A stretch of 64,000 nucleotides of DNA from the NCBI RefSeq assembly GCF_009914755.1, contig NC_060935.1. One strand, 5' to 3'. The translations under genes were made by a program, and so were the position numbers. How positions within the stretch are numbered: position 1 is the first letter of the stretch; every line of letters starts with the position of its first letter. Shown here piece by piece: positions 29,653-43,804 of the stretch. This stretch comes from the human T2T-CHM13v2.0 reference genome, Homo sapiens. A model generated the notes under the pieces. That model had not been told where the DNA came from and ran no database searches. It worked only from the letters and a program-made list of their open reading frames with translations.

Positions 29653-32359
29653 TGCCCCATGCAGTCAGGGGCTCACACTGCCCTCCTGTAAGCTTTCCAC
29701 ATCATAGGCTCAGCCCACAAGGCTGAGAACTCCCTAAGCCTTCACAGCCCAGCCCCATTCATTCTTTCCAGCCTCACCACACCCAAATGACCCACTATTA
29801 CCATCACACCTGAGCCTGCCTGTGGATTCTCACCTCCATGCCTTTGCTGATGGAACATCTATGCTGGAATGCGCTTTTCCCTCACACTGTCACCTGCCTG
29901 TGCAGTCTCTCATCTTTGGACAACCATCACATGTGGCCTTTGCCAGCTCCTCCATGCAGAAGCAACAGCTTCCTCCTCGGTGCTATCTCAGGACTTGGTT
30001 TATACCTTTACTGCAGCACTGACTGGCAGCTACTGCCTAGCTGGCTGGGCCTCTGACGTCTCCACTTCTCGGGGACTGCAAATGTGCCTTGCTGGTAATA
30101 ATATTCTCCTGGGCTGGCATGATGCCTTTTATATAACAGGTGCTCAACAAACATCTGCTGGACTGAATATCAAAGCCGGAATATTTTAAGACAAGCAGTT
30201 CATCTTAGGCAACTAACCATTGAGTTAGAATAGAAAATTCTGTAATAATAAAGCAGCTAGCTGCCATTTATAAATACTTATTTCATTCCCACCACAATCA
30301 TACAAGATTGGTATTTTTACCCCCATTTAAATGATGAAACTGGGATTCAGTAAAGTATGCTGTTGTCCAACATCAAAGACTGCTGGGAACAAGCACAATC
30401 TCAACTCCACTATAAAACCTGCAATAAGTACTCGTTAAGTATTTAATGAATGACCAACTGAATGAGGATTTGAACTCAGATGTGATTCCAAAGCCCACCC
30501 ATCCTGTGTGACCCCACAGTGCCTCTCAACCACCCTACAATTAAGAACAGCAGCTACTGCTTCCTGAATGCTCAATACCTATCAAGCGACTGCACTAAAG
30601 CCCTCCACAAACATGCAAGCCTCACAGCAGCCTTCATCCCCATTTTGCAGACAAGGGAACTGAGGCTTAGAGCAGGCCCCAGGTGGTTAGAAAGTCAATA
30701 GTGCAGCTGGGATTCCAATCAAGCTCTTTCTGGCTCAGAAACCGTGTTGCCCCCACCCCAAGCAGCTGCTTCCAGGGAGGCCAGGCTATCCCCTACAAGG
30801 CATGTGGACCAATGGGACACAGATCAAGAGTCCAAGCCTGGTTCCCGCTCATCAGCTTTGGAAGCTGAGGACACAGGGAAGGTTGTGAGAGGAACACAAG
30901 CCTTCTTGGTATGTCTCATTTGGCAGCAGGTAAAGTCTGTTGCTTACAATCAGGCTAGCCCTGATGCCTGGAAGGTGCCGCTACACGCTGGCTGGGCAGT
31001 CATTCTGGGTTAAAAGATGCACCACATCCCGCTTGAGTTTTCAGTGTGGGCCAGGCTGCTCTGAAGGCCCCCAGGAAAAGTGCAACTCTCTCCACCCACC
31101 CCTACACTGCCCAGGGCCAACAGCATGGAGGGAGCCAAGGATGTCACAGGCTGTTGAAGGGGTGCCTGCCGAGAACAGCTTGACCAGACCTGGAGTCCAT
31201 GCTAAGTCCCTGTACACTAACGCCCATTACATCCCACTGTACAACCCATGTGAGAACAGTAACCAGGCCCAGACATCCAACCACTAGACTATTCTCAATG
31301 CTGTTCTCCTTTTCTAAAGTTTCAAAGCTCTCCTGTCTTCAGAAAAAAACAGTTGAAGGCGCTCCCTAAGAAGTGGCTGCATGTTTCTCCCACTTCAAAA
31401 TCAGGAACACAAATGAATAAACAACACGAGAAGGGTATATATGGAGAAAGCTCCACCATCTCTTCTTGTAACTGTGTCATTATTACAATATGAGGCATTA
31501 GAAGGGCCAAACTGCTCTATGCTTTATGCTATAAGCCCAGGGAAGCTGCCCTGGGTTCAGGGAGACATAAATTCTGCACTTGAGAGCAGCAGCTCTGCGG
31601 TTCATCAAGTGTGCTTGCTTCATTTTATGTCCCTGGTATTTAGCCATAACGGGCCTGTGATCACTTCACTCCAGTCTGCGGCAGAGTGGGGGTAGGGGGC
31701 AGACAGGCTGACAGGAGAATTGTGCAAGATGGGACTCCGGACACCCGCAAAGCACCTGCTGATAACATAAGCGTCTGCCCCAGGAACATATACATGAACA
31801 AACAATGACAGCCACACAGGTGCCAGCTCCACTAGCTCCCTGCTGCCGACAGGCCACAGGGGTCAGGAAAGCTCTTGACCTGAAGGCCAGTGGGTGTATG
31901 GAGGGGAGGAGGGATCATAGCTACAGACAGATAAAAGATACACACACACACTTCTCATACCAAGGGCAGAAAAAATAAGAAAATGTTATTTGGCAGCAGT
32001 GGCAGCAGCATTGACTACTCCCAAATAAAAATCCAGAAACACAAAAGAATCTTTGAGTGGGTTGCCGAATGACAGAGACATGAAAGCTAGCATTCTCAAT
32101 AAATCAGATAAGTCACATTTTTTTGGCACACTTGGATTAATAAAGTGCTTTTCTGTGCATTATTCATTTCATCCTCAAAGTAACTGTGTTATGTATTATT
32201 GTCCTTAGTCAACAAGAAAAAGCAGCACACGGTAAATTAAGTGCATGTCAGGGTTTCAGTCCCATCCTGGCAATTCTAGGGTCTGTGATCCTGGGCAAGT
32301 AACTTAACCTCTTAAGACCTTCAATTACTATGTTGTCAAACAAAGATAAAAGTATCTAT

Positions 32360-33500
32360 CATTCAAATATTTTTTAAGCATACCCTGTATGTCAAGGGAC
32401 AATGTTGAGGATGCAGCTATGAACAAAACAAGCAAAAATGTTGCCTTCAGGTAATGAAGCTGTCTTCATTCACAGGGAATGTGGAGAGACAGACAACTAA
32501 CAAATGGATAGAGCATGTGTCAGATGATGCTATGTGCTGCTGGAGGCGCAGAGGCTGTAAATTTAGAGTAACTGATCAGGGAAGGCTTCATGAGAAAGTG
32601 ACACTGGACCAGAGACTTGAAGGGACCTGTGCAGGGGGAAGATCTTCCAGGCAGGGCAGGACCCATGCACAGACCCTCAGGCGGGGCATCCCTTGCATGT
32701 CTGAGAAGCACGCAGGGGCCAGCAAGTCCGGAGAAAGCAAAGGGAGAGCTGAGGGGTCACAGAGGGAGCAGCAGAGGGCAAGATGGGGCCACAGAAGGGT
32801 GCTGCTTACATTTTAAAAGAACTCTGTGTGGACAACTGACTGCAGCTGTGAAAGGGCTAAGGCAAGGAAATCAGTGAAGATGCTAATGAATTATTCAGGT
32901 AAAACTTAATGTTCCAGGATACGGGTAGATGTGGTGCAAAGTGGTCTGATACCGAGTACACTTTGAAGGCAGAGGCATACAATTTACCGAGATTGGAAAT
33001 GGAGTGTGAAGAAAATAAAACAGACTGAAGGTCTCAGGCCTGCGCAACTGGAAGAATGGTGTTGCCATTGAGAGAGGTGGGAAGTTGCAAGGGGGTGTGA
33101 GGCGGGTGGGGACAGCTGGAGTTTGACAATCTATCAGCCATCCCTAGTAGAGGCATGAAAAGGCAGCTGGAGGCATGCGCCTGCAAAGCAGGGAGAATGG
33201 GCTGGAGACAGGACCCTGGGAGCTGTGGGCCCTTAAAGCTGGGAAGTGGAGTGTGTGCAGAGTAGGGGACTAAGCCCTGGAGCAATCCAAAGTCTAGACC
33301 TTGGGGGAGTTGAAGAGGAAGCAGGAAAAGACTGAAAAGGGAGTCAAGAAGAAAACCAGGAAGACGATGGTGGCTTGGAAGGCAAATGAAGAAGGTGTCC
33401 TGAGGAAGGGGGAGCTGGCCATCTGGTCTGGCCACATGCAGGTCCTCTATGACTTGCAGAGCAGTTTCGGTGAAGAGGGGTCAGGGGCAAGATTGGAGTA
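32360..33500 (-). mobile_element. L2 fragment
   Basis: gatcagggaaggcttcatgagaaagtgacact and caactggaagaatggtgttgccattgagag; edges approximate. Confidence 0.7.
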
Positions 33501-35089
33501 AGTCTGAGGGAGGGTGGCAGCAGGCAGACAGAAGGCGGTGAGAGCAACTCTTCTCCAGACTGCAGTAAACAAGAGCACAGGGAAGACTCGGAGGCAGTGC
33601 CGGCCTGAAATCCTAGTTCTGCCGTTTATCGGCCCTGCAACCTCAGGCAGGTTACTTAATCTTTCTGTGCCTCAGATGTCTCACCTGAAAAATGGGGCTA
33701 ATAATTGGACCTAGAAAACTGATATACAAGAATAGTGACTGGTACATAGTAGGTATAATATAAGCATTAGCTGTCATCATCATAAGGAATAATGACAAAA
33801 TAATTATGTATGAAAAATAATTCCTCAAAGAAGAGCATCTGCTTAGGAGGCAGGGAGAGAAGGGAGATGTTGGAAGTCTGAAGAGAGAGAAGCCATGAAC
33901 AGCTGTCCAGGAGGCGATGACTGAATGGGAGGAGTGGCATGACCTGCCACCAGCTTGGGGCCCACTGCAGTTGGAGGCCACACAGCTTGAAGCAGGAAAG
34001 TCAGGATGGCACCAACCGCGCAGGTGTAGGCATAGAAAAAGTAGGAGGTTCAATTTAACCAGGGATGGGGTTTCATCAGGCCAGTACGACAAAGTAAGAG
34101 AAAGACAATGTGAGGATGACATGAGATTACAAAAGAAAAGTCCCTGGCATAGGCCCTGAACCTGAAATCTGACCGTTGTTCAAAGAGCTTAAGTCATGTG
34201 TCCAAGGAGCCCCCTCTCTCCACAGCTGTCCCTCACCTGTCCCCCCACACCTCTCCCCCTCCATCCCCAATGCAGAGTTCAAGATCAGAAAACAATGCTA
34301 GACTCTCAACTCTGTTCTTTCAACTAAGCCACATCCCTCCCTTTCCAGTTGGAGGTATTGTCACATCCCTCACACCAAGTTGTGATAAGGTGACTCTCTT
34401 GTTTGTGAGAATACTTCCAGGCTCAGGGCAGTCTAGAGACCAAAGCAGCCCGGGTAAGTGCAGGCTCGTCCTCAAAAGCTCCTTCCCAGAGCCAGCAGCA
34501 AAGGAGGCTCCTCCTGCCTTGAGGAAAGGCTGCCTTTTAAGGACAGGCCCTAAGATTGCACGAAATCCTCTAGGTGCTCACAACCAGCTTCTCTCACTGA
34601 AGGTGGGGTAAGGAAAAAGGAGGAAGCAGAGCTTTTGAACAGGTCTTGTTATTTAACCCTGGCCAGCCAGGAAATGCTCTTCTTTACAGAGCAATCAGAG
34701 TTAAATTAATAGCCATCAGCAACCTGAAACACAGCTACTATGTCTTTAACTAGTTGACCTGAAGCAAATTCAACCATTAAAAGGACAAAGATGATAACTA
34801 AATAAACGTGAAGTAACTTGAAATTCCTGTAAGAGGGTCCAAAACAATGGCTTTTGAAATGCTTATGATGTGCAGAAAGAATATAACGGCAGCACATGCA
34901 ACACAAACTGAAATCAGAGTTTTAGAAAATATGTGTTTATATACTCTGATATTTCATTTCATTAAAAAAATGCTGGTTGAGATCCACAAAAGAGATTTCA
35001 CAATCAGTCAATGAGTTGAGACCTGTAGCTGAAGTCCACCAGACTAAGCCGACCTACCAGTCAAGGCTGCCTCTCGCAGACTTCATATA

Positions 35090-35412
35090 TTTAATGGTTA
35101 AATCGCAATGGTTAAATGGCCCAGGTGAGGTTGTGGAAACACTACCTCCAGAGGTCTGTATATTAAAAGGGCATAAATTACAGGTTGAAGAAGTGCTAGA
35201 TTTAGCTGCGGCTCTAAAAGACAGAACCTAAACCAATGCGTAGAAATTATGGGGAGCCAGACTGAACTGCCTTTGGGGCAGGGAACGCTCTATCTCCCGG
35301 AGAAACCAAGCAGGGTCTGAAAGACGAATAGGATGCTGAAGAAGGGACTTCAGAAATCATATCAAACAGATGGACCCAAGAGTTACTGAAGTCTCTTTCC
35401 ATTCTGACAGTC
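35090..35412 (+). mobile_element. L3/CR1 3' fragments
   Basis: gaggttgtggaaacactacctccagaggtct and ggatgctgaagaagggact...gtctctttccattctgacagtct resemble the CR1/L3 3' end. Confidence 0.5.
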
Positions 35413-36679
35413 TTCGCTACCTTGATGAATAAGTGGTTATAAGAATGAAATGCAAGCAATGTGTGTGAAAATGCTCAAATTACAAGCTCCTCTATATACC
35501 GTCATTCCTTAGATGGCAGTTCTTTATCCAAACCTGTAGGTTCCCTCGACTTCATTTGCTATTCAAATAGGTACTTTAAAACAGCAGGTACTAAAAGTAA
35601 GCATGGCTAATTCATCACTTCCTTAACGGCAGCTCAACTCCAAGGCAAGGCTGGGGAAGAATTCCTGAGAAAGCATGCAAGCCATCCAATGGTGTGCACT
35701 GGGTTTTGTTAAGGCAGTGCTTCTCCTAACTTGCCCATCTGAAATATGCAGAAGTAAGTGAATGCCTATCCCTGGAGGCCATGTTAGGGCATGGCCAGGG
35801 TAAGAATAAAATTTCCTTTGGCTCCTCTGTTATCTTAAAACATCAAGTGATCACATGAAACATCTGCCTTGTTGTTTACTTACAATGTGCACACACTGTG
35901 ATAAAGCCTTCCGTGGCTCTCACTGATCCCTGACATCCCCGTGCTGTTGGCTCTACTGCATCACAGGCTCCCACCTTAGAAGTGAGAAATGAGTTTTGAG
36001 ATTATGTAACTTGCTCAGGACCACTAGGCAAGTAAGTGGTGAGACACAGTCAAACCTAGGCAGTCTGGTTCCACAGCCTGCTCTTAACTACTAAGTGATA
36101 TTGAATTCTCCTTTAACAAATATCAGTATTGGTTGTAAAATTTTAAAATGTTATTTCTCCCAAATCTTTGGGTTAAATGTGACCCTTGAGGAAGATGACC
36201 ACACTGACCCTGATCCTTGGCCCCCATGCTGGCATGCTGGTGCACTGGAGCTAGAGAAACACAACTTCGCCAGAACTTGCCAGCCTGTCCCCATGTTTTT
36301 ATGGCCAGGTGTGGGCTAACAGCCCCTTCTCCCCTAGACACGTAACACAGCCCTCATGTTCTTTTAGGCATGAACTTCATCAACAACCAAGATGCACAAG
36401 CACCAGTTGTTTATAACATCTTTAAAATGGAAAATTCACCTCTCAGCTAAATTACAGTAAGTTAATTACAGAGCCTGGCTGATGGCAGACAAACGGAAAG
36501 AATGAGGGACTAACTGAATTTATCAAACAGAAACAATAGCACACATCAAAGATTGTGCATCCGGGCCTTCCCCCAATAAAGAAGCTAGGGACTAGCCCCA
36601 GAGACAGGCGAGTAGGCTCCAGCAACCGTTCATTTATCCAGCTAACAGTTGCTGAGCACCAGTGTTGGCGACTAACCAT

Positions 36680-37275
36680 GCACAGATTCATTTACTCACT
36701 CACCAATTCATTCTTTCAAACACTTCCTGAGCACCTACCACGTGCCACAAGCTGATTAACTGTTGTGAATATACAAACTGATTGACTGGTCCATCTGATC
36801 ATTCATTGATTCACCAAATACAAGGCAGACTCGATGTGCTGGGTAATGTCCTGGTGACAGGACAGAATAATGAAAACAAAGTTCCTGGTCTCATGGAATT
36901 CACAGTCCAATTGAGGGAGATAAAAAATAAACAAATAAAAGTGTAATATGTCAAGGAACAAAGTGCTATGAAGAAAGACAAAAGAGTGTAAGGTGACCGG
37001 GTGGGAGACGTGATTTAACCCAGAGAGCATTACAAGGGACTGCCTCTGTGACTGGAGAGCAGAGGCCTGCAGGAAAGGCTGGAGCAAGCCCCAAGGAGAC
37101 CTCAAAGAAGAGGGTGCCAGGGAAGGGCATGGAGGGCAAAGGCCACAAGGCAGGAGCAGCCTGAAGGTTTTAAGGGGTAGCAAGGGGCCAGGGCGACCAG
37201 AGCAGAACGAGTTGATGAACGATGAGCAAGGGGACTAGCCAAGGAGCTGAGACGGCCGGTCCAAAAGGGATTCTG
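36680..37275 (-). mobile_element. L2 fragments
   Basis: attcatttactcactc...tgagcacctacc and gttcctggtctcatggaattcacagtc. Further L2 pieces at ~38250-38540, 39290-39720, 40430-41000, 43270-43650 and 57250-58550. Confidence 0.7.
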
Positions 37276-40200
37276 CAAACACACTGTGCACTCTCAATGC
37301 TTACCATGTGTGCTTCACTGCAGACCTTTGATTCCTGACAAAATTCATATATTTTGCAAAAGAAAGGCAGTAAGCTAAGCTGCTATCAAATATTTACATA
37401 GCGGTGTGTCAATGTTCTCCAAGGTCTCCTAAGAGTCTATTTTAGGGTAGGAGAAAGGGAATGACCCCATCAGAAAATGAACTTGAGCTGCTGAAGTTGC
37501 ATTTGTCATTAACAAAGTGATAAATATTTGATCTTTAATTTAAATGTCCTCCTTTTTGCTGAACCTTAAGCTGATTTACCAGTCAATGAGAATGGTTTCG
37601 GCAATGGCACAGAACAAGAAGGCTTTTGAGCACTGAAGACAAGGTTTATTGATCTTGCCACTGGTCCAACTGCAGACTGCACAGAAGCCTCCAGGTCAGC
37701 AAGAGTCAGACCAGCTCCAGTCTTAGGTCCACTCAGGCCACCGTGGGTCCACTGTTAACTAAGGCAAGCCTGGGCACCAGAACAGAGGAGAGCTCTCCCA
37801 GTCACCTTCTACTCCACCTTCCCCACGCTGCCCCCACCTGCTCCTGGTTAATAGCTTACCAAGGGCTGCTCATTCTCCTCTGTGTTGACTCTAGAATCTG
37901 TATCACACCCCACCCCCAAATAAAATAGAGGCTGCAGACACTGCACGCATACCCATGCCTGTATGTTCTCCCTGCCATCACCGAGTCCTCAGCATCTCCA
38001 CCCAGATGCCTCCCTTCCTCCAGCCTCCTGATTCCTCAATTTCCAGGGAATGATTTCACAGAAACCCATGTCTCATCTTAGTCCTCTAACTAGAATGTGT
38101 TCATGTGTTCCCCACTGTCAACAAAACAGGGTACAGATAGGACCTGGCTTTCAACACCTCTGTGCTGAGCCCAACCCTGACCTCTGACATCGCATCATGC
38201 ACGGCTGTTCTGTCTGCACATAGTGGGAGAACAAGCCAAACTCTTGCCCACTTCCAAGCCTCCTCATCTTGGCCTGCTTTACTTACTTGCTGGATGATAC
38301 AAGACTGTCCCTCTCGCCAATGCTGCCCAAGCCAGAAGTCTGGGGATCTCCTAGATACCACCCCTCTCTGTCATTCTCTACATCAGATTGTTCTCCCTTA
38401 TCCTAAACATCTCTCAGACATACCCCTCTCTCCTTCCCCACAGCCCTCATCTTTATTGATGAGGAAATTGTGATAGCCTCCTCCACTGTTTCTCTGCCTT
38501 CACCTTACTGCTTTGTCAAGCCTTAAGTAATGCAAACACTCCTGAGTCCTTTCGAAACCACTGTCCATGGAGGCAAGGCAAGGGATGCCACCCTTGCTCA
38601 TCTCACATATTTTCCCCTTAGCAGGAAAAAATAATATGGTAGTAACACTGAAGAATCACCAGAGAAGCAAATGTGGGAGACAGAGACATCTTTTGCAAAG
38701 GGATATAGACGATGCATCTAAATTTCATACCTGTTTTAAAGTCTAGTTATCATAAACTTTGAAGCCAAAACACATTCCTAGCATAAATATGCATCACTTC
38801 AGAGTGCAGGGTTAACCACCAACCAAAAAATGTTAACCAAATAACAAGAAAGCCAAGTTAACAGTATAATTAGACCTCTAGATTCCCAGCAACTTTAAGT
38901 TGCTGTCACAAATTCAAGACCTCACTGACGTTGCACTGTCAGAGTGCCATTTCCAAACCCGCAGGAATCCAACCGCCTGTGTCCATGCTCAGCAGGCACC
39001 TGGAATGCACCACTGCTGAGCATGGCAACCCAGGGGAGTACAATCATCCAGAAACTCCAGCAGGGCACTAACTTAACACCAATCACATGTCAGTCACTTA
39101 GCAACATCCAGCCTACCGTCATACCTAAAATGTGCAAGTCTCTGGAATTTTAAGTCTCACACCCATTAGAACTAATAAAAGGACTTGCATATCTGAATCA
39201 GATCACTGACTTTCAGGAGAAGTCTTAGTACAGACCATGCCTACAGAATCCCTATTGTAAAAGACAAACCCGGTCCAGTAACTCCCTAGTATTTAATTCT
39301 ACAGTGGCATTCCACTGCCTTTAGAATAAAATCCAAATCCCTTGCCTAACCTGGTCCCCAAGGAAGGACCTGCATGATCTGGCTCCTGCCTACCTTTTGC
39401 ACTCAACTCCCACCCCACCGTGCCCTCCACCACAGCAGCGACCCTCCTCAGTGTTCTCTGGCATGCCACACCCTTGCTGACCTCCCAGGCCTTTATCCAT
39501 GCAGCTGTCTGAAATGCCCTTTGCACCCCTATTCTCCCAAGCATTCCTTCTGCTTGGCAAAAAAGTAACAAGCAGTTGGTACTTGGCATCTCTTTCAAGA
39601 CCCATCTCAAGGGTCACATGACTTTCCATCCCCCAGGGTGAGTGAGGGGCCATCTCTGTGTTCCCAGGACTCTGGGTAATAAACTCTATCACAACGCTCA
39701 TCACACTATTAAAATCACCTTTGCTGGTATTCCCATTACAAACTTTGCTGTAACTCATCAGGCCACAGTGTACCAAACATCCAGCTGGAGTTTCAATATT
39801 ACCATTAATTACCTTGGGGAAGGCCTGAGAATGGAGAGTATCATGCCTAAGATGAAATTCAGGTACGTGCTTTTCAGATGTGTGCACGGCAGCACACGCA
39901 GGACCTCCGACACACACAGGAGTAAAGCTCAAGACTAAGGAAAACAAATCGGCTTCAAGATAGGAAAAACATATTTAAAAAGGAAAGCTGTATGCTAATA
40001 TTTAGCTTTCTTTTTCCCTTGTATAATAGAATGCCAGTCTTTTCTTGTACCAACCTAGAACCAAGTTTCATTCAAGATTTCATGAGCTAAAATGCTGTTG
40101 CACATTTTTATGTCAAAATATGTGGGTGGGGGATGGGGAGGTTGCTTGGGGAGTAGCAAGGAGTATTGCAATTTCAGCTGATTACTTATTGGCTATTAAC

Positions 40201-43200
40201 TTATTAAGGTTACAAATGAAATAGTGGTCCACCTCTGTGTTCTAGGAGTTGTTATTCTGGTGTTTGGAGGAACAAATCACTCCTTGTTCCATTTCCCAGA
40301 ACACAATATTCATTCTAAGTACACCTTTGAGAGCCTGAGTTATTTTATTGCGTTTGGAAAATTGAAGTCACTGCAATCTTCCTAGGAAGTCAAGAGTGAA
40401 GGGGAGAATGTCTCACAAGCTACAACAACATGGTGCCAACAATGCTGTGCCTCTGTAGCCAGGCCTGGGGCCCAGACAGTGCAGTCCACTCCATGGGCTG
40501 CACTGGGCTTATGTGTTTCATCAAGTGCAGGATGAGGTCACCAACAGGTTTCAAGCAAGGGAATTACATGATTTGACAAGAATTTTTAAAGATTGCTCTG
40601 GGTCCAAAGTGATGAGAGGAATAGAAGAAAAGGGGAAGCAGGCAGGGCAGTCAGTTAAGAGGCTTTGGCAGTCACCTGGCAAAGGACGATGTTGGCTTGG
40701 ACTTGGGGGGCAGATACAGGAAGGCCATGGATGAATTCAAGATGTACTTTAGGAGAGGCATCATTAGGATTTGGTGATTTGGGGGAAGAAAAAGATGAGT
40801 ATTAACAAATGAAGTACCAGTTTCTGGCCTGACAAAGTGAGTTAACAACTACGTACCTTAATAAGATGGGGGAAGGGAGGAGGCCTAGAAAGGGACTATG
40901 GTAGAAGTAGACCAAGAGTTAAAATCTGGACACAGTAAGCTTGAGGTGCCCATGAGATACCAAGTTTGCTAACTGCCATAAAGGGTGTAAGAATGCTATA
41001 GAACACAGAGGAGTCCTGGGGCCAGCCTCAGAGGTGACCCCTGTCCATCCTCTCATGGTGTCGGAGGTCCTGCCACTGTGCCAATTCAAGGTGGGCACAA
41101 CCACTGAGGAGCACCTGGAACCCCACTCAGCCAGGACACATGAGGGTAGCCTCTATGAGGATCCTCACTAATGCAGATCCAGCTTTGGGGTTAAGAAAAC
41201 AATAACCTTAACAGTAAAATGGTGCTTGCATCATGCCACAACTAAAAGTAAAATGTGAAGCCTGTTTCCTTTGATTACAAGCATCACGATAGGCTTGCAG
41301 ATTTCTCGATACTGATGCTTCAGATTCCCAGTAAAAGGGTGTTGGTATCTGGTCCTGGGCCCCAACGCTTACACTATGGGGAGTAACCTGTTTGGGGGAT
41401 TCCAGGTTAGAATTTCCCACAGGAAAATGTTAATCTAAGAGAGTATCAGAGGAAGGTCTCTCAACATAAAAAGACCAGAGATGGTGGCCTGTTTTAGGAA
41501 AACAACAATTCACTGAAATCACATCCTGCTTTTAATAGCCCCCCTTCTAGAATAGAAGCTGGTTTTTTATTATGATGGTTCTATTTTCCCATTTCCCCAT
41601 CAAAGGACAAATCAAAATGTCACCTGACAATCCACTTTCATTAAAAGTTGAGCAATTTTTTAAAAATCACAGTTAACTAAACAATTCCACATGGCAATAA
41701 AGCACTGTGCTCTGCTGCCTTGACTGATAGAAACCATTTGCAATGATTTAAAAGAGAAGGAAGCGAAAGAACATCATCAGATACAGCTGAATTAAGCTGA
41801 TCAAACCTGTTAGTGTCTTCCAGTTTACTCAGAGTAAGACAATGCAGCATTCATGTAAGCTAATTAAATTTCTTGTATTTAAATTAGCCTTAACAAAAAC
41901 AAAACTTTCAAGACTGACTGGAAGGTCTCAGGAGGAACATATCTGCTTTTTCAAGAAAGCTGCCTGGCTGAGGGTGGAGGGAGCACCAGGGTCAGACTCT
42001 CAACAGAAGGTCAAGACTCCCCTCCCTCAAAGGAACACTGAGGGTAGAGACGGTTCTGTGACACTGTTAGTTTGCCATGGCTTCCAAAGGGGGGTACCAA
42101 GATCAGATGGTTGGGGGGAACTGAACCCCATTCACATCAGTTCATGATGTTATGCAAGACATTGAACTTCTGAGCTTATTTCCCAACTTTGAAAATGAGA
42201 AGTTACCACTTGCCTCTGCCTGCTTCCCAGGACTGGTGGGAGAAGAAAATCTGCCGACGTGTGTCAAAGCACCTTGCAAAAGAGAAAGCACTCTACAAAT
42301 GTGAGAGACAGTTGCTGGTTACTGTTAGGCAGAAAGGGCTGAGTCAAGTCTTCCAAGATGATGGTGACCAATTAAACTGATTTTCTTTTTTTTGAGAACT
42401 GTCAGTTGATTATTTATTTTGTATAAAAGTTACATTGAAAGAAGAGGTTGAAAAGTCAAGTATACTAGATTTGCACACACTTGCGAAGTCTCACAGGATT
42501 CAACCACTTGGATAATTTCTTAATTGATAACAGGATATACATATTAAAAGCCTCACACTGAAGCCCAATACACGTCAAACCCAGACAACAATGTGCAGAT
42601 GAATACGCAAAACAATCTCTGGAAATTTGTATCTCTGGGAACACCCACAATCTATGCTTTGTCCCTCTGGCTATGATGCATAAACTCATAAAATTAATAA
42701 GAAACTTTTATGGGATCTTTAGCAGTTACAGTAAACAGTTTGAGAAAAGGAACCTGCTGACTTATGCATTTAAAGGACAAAGGTTGGGGGCAGGGAGGTG
42801 GGTTAAGACACAAAGTCACTGAGTGAAGCAGTCGAGAGCATGGCACAGATGGAGAAGGTGATCCACCTGTGCAGCAGATAGGAGGGGCTACAACCACAGC
42901 GAGACCTAAAGCCCCCCACATGCAACCCCCACTCACACCCGCCACAAGCGGAGAAGGGGGCTGGGGAGCTGTGCTCCAGTGACCACTGGCATCCAGCTCT
43001 GCCTGTCACCTCCCTCCCCACTTCTGGATTCCTGCTCTTAACATGGGTCCAAAATCAAATGTGAAAAAAAAGTATCAGATACAAAAGCTTTGCTATTAGC
43101 TTCATTTCACCAATAGCCAAAGGACACCTGGCGAAGATCAGGAATTTCGGATGAATGCTCAAAGATCATAATGTATTTAAGAATGATTCCTAATACAGGC

Positions 43201-43731
43201 CCAGTAAGGGAGGCGTGGTGGGGGTACAATGTGGGTCCACACAGGAGCAGGCCTCTTGTGGAGAGGCTCCTTCATGAGTCATTCGAGAAACATTTATGGA
43301 ATACCGACTGTGTCCCAGGCACAACTCAGATGCACCCTTAAGCAGCTTACTGGGGAAAACACAAAAACAGGCAACGAGAATAAAGCGTGGAAGTAAGTAC
43401 TATGATGGGGGGTGTGTCACAGACCTCTACCCGACTGGCCAAGAGAGGAAGGGTGAGACCATCAGGGGAAGGGCAAACGAGAACACAAACATCACAGGAA
43501 GGAGAAAGTGTCGTGGGGATTCAACAGCAGGAGAAATCACCCGCAGCCTGGAGGAGATCCTCCACAAAGGACAAAGGTGGCATTTGATAAAGATCTTGAG
43601 GGATGAAGAGGAACTTGGCCAGGCAGAGAGAAGGGGTAAAATATTACACACAAAACTAGGCATATGAGAGAAATGACTGGGACAGTAACCTCTCCCCAGA
43701 CAATGAGTTTCCCTTATAAGAGAATGTTTAC

Positions 43732-43804
43732 CTTTTCTTCAACTTCAAGAATCGTTGATTAATTTCAGCAAACTGATTTCCAGTACAGGTGACTTGAGTT
43801 ATTC
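43732..43804 (-). other. SMCO4: SMCO4 internal 5'UTR exon (73 nt)
   Basis: Acceptor ctttcttctaatttctcaacAG|GAATAAC and donor GAAAAG|GTAAAC. The size agrees with my recollection of the transcript structure. Confidence 0.8.

Noticed and set aside
34977-35231. 84-aa ORF with LRR-like LPPEVCILK..VLDL
   Set aside because: The DNA resembles an L3/CR1 remnant, there is no ATG start, and the motif occurs only once.
39390-39947. 185-aa minus ORF
   Set aside because: Largely overlaps an L2 remnant, starts at a non-ATG codon, and has no recognisable domain.
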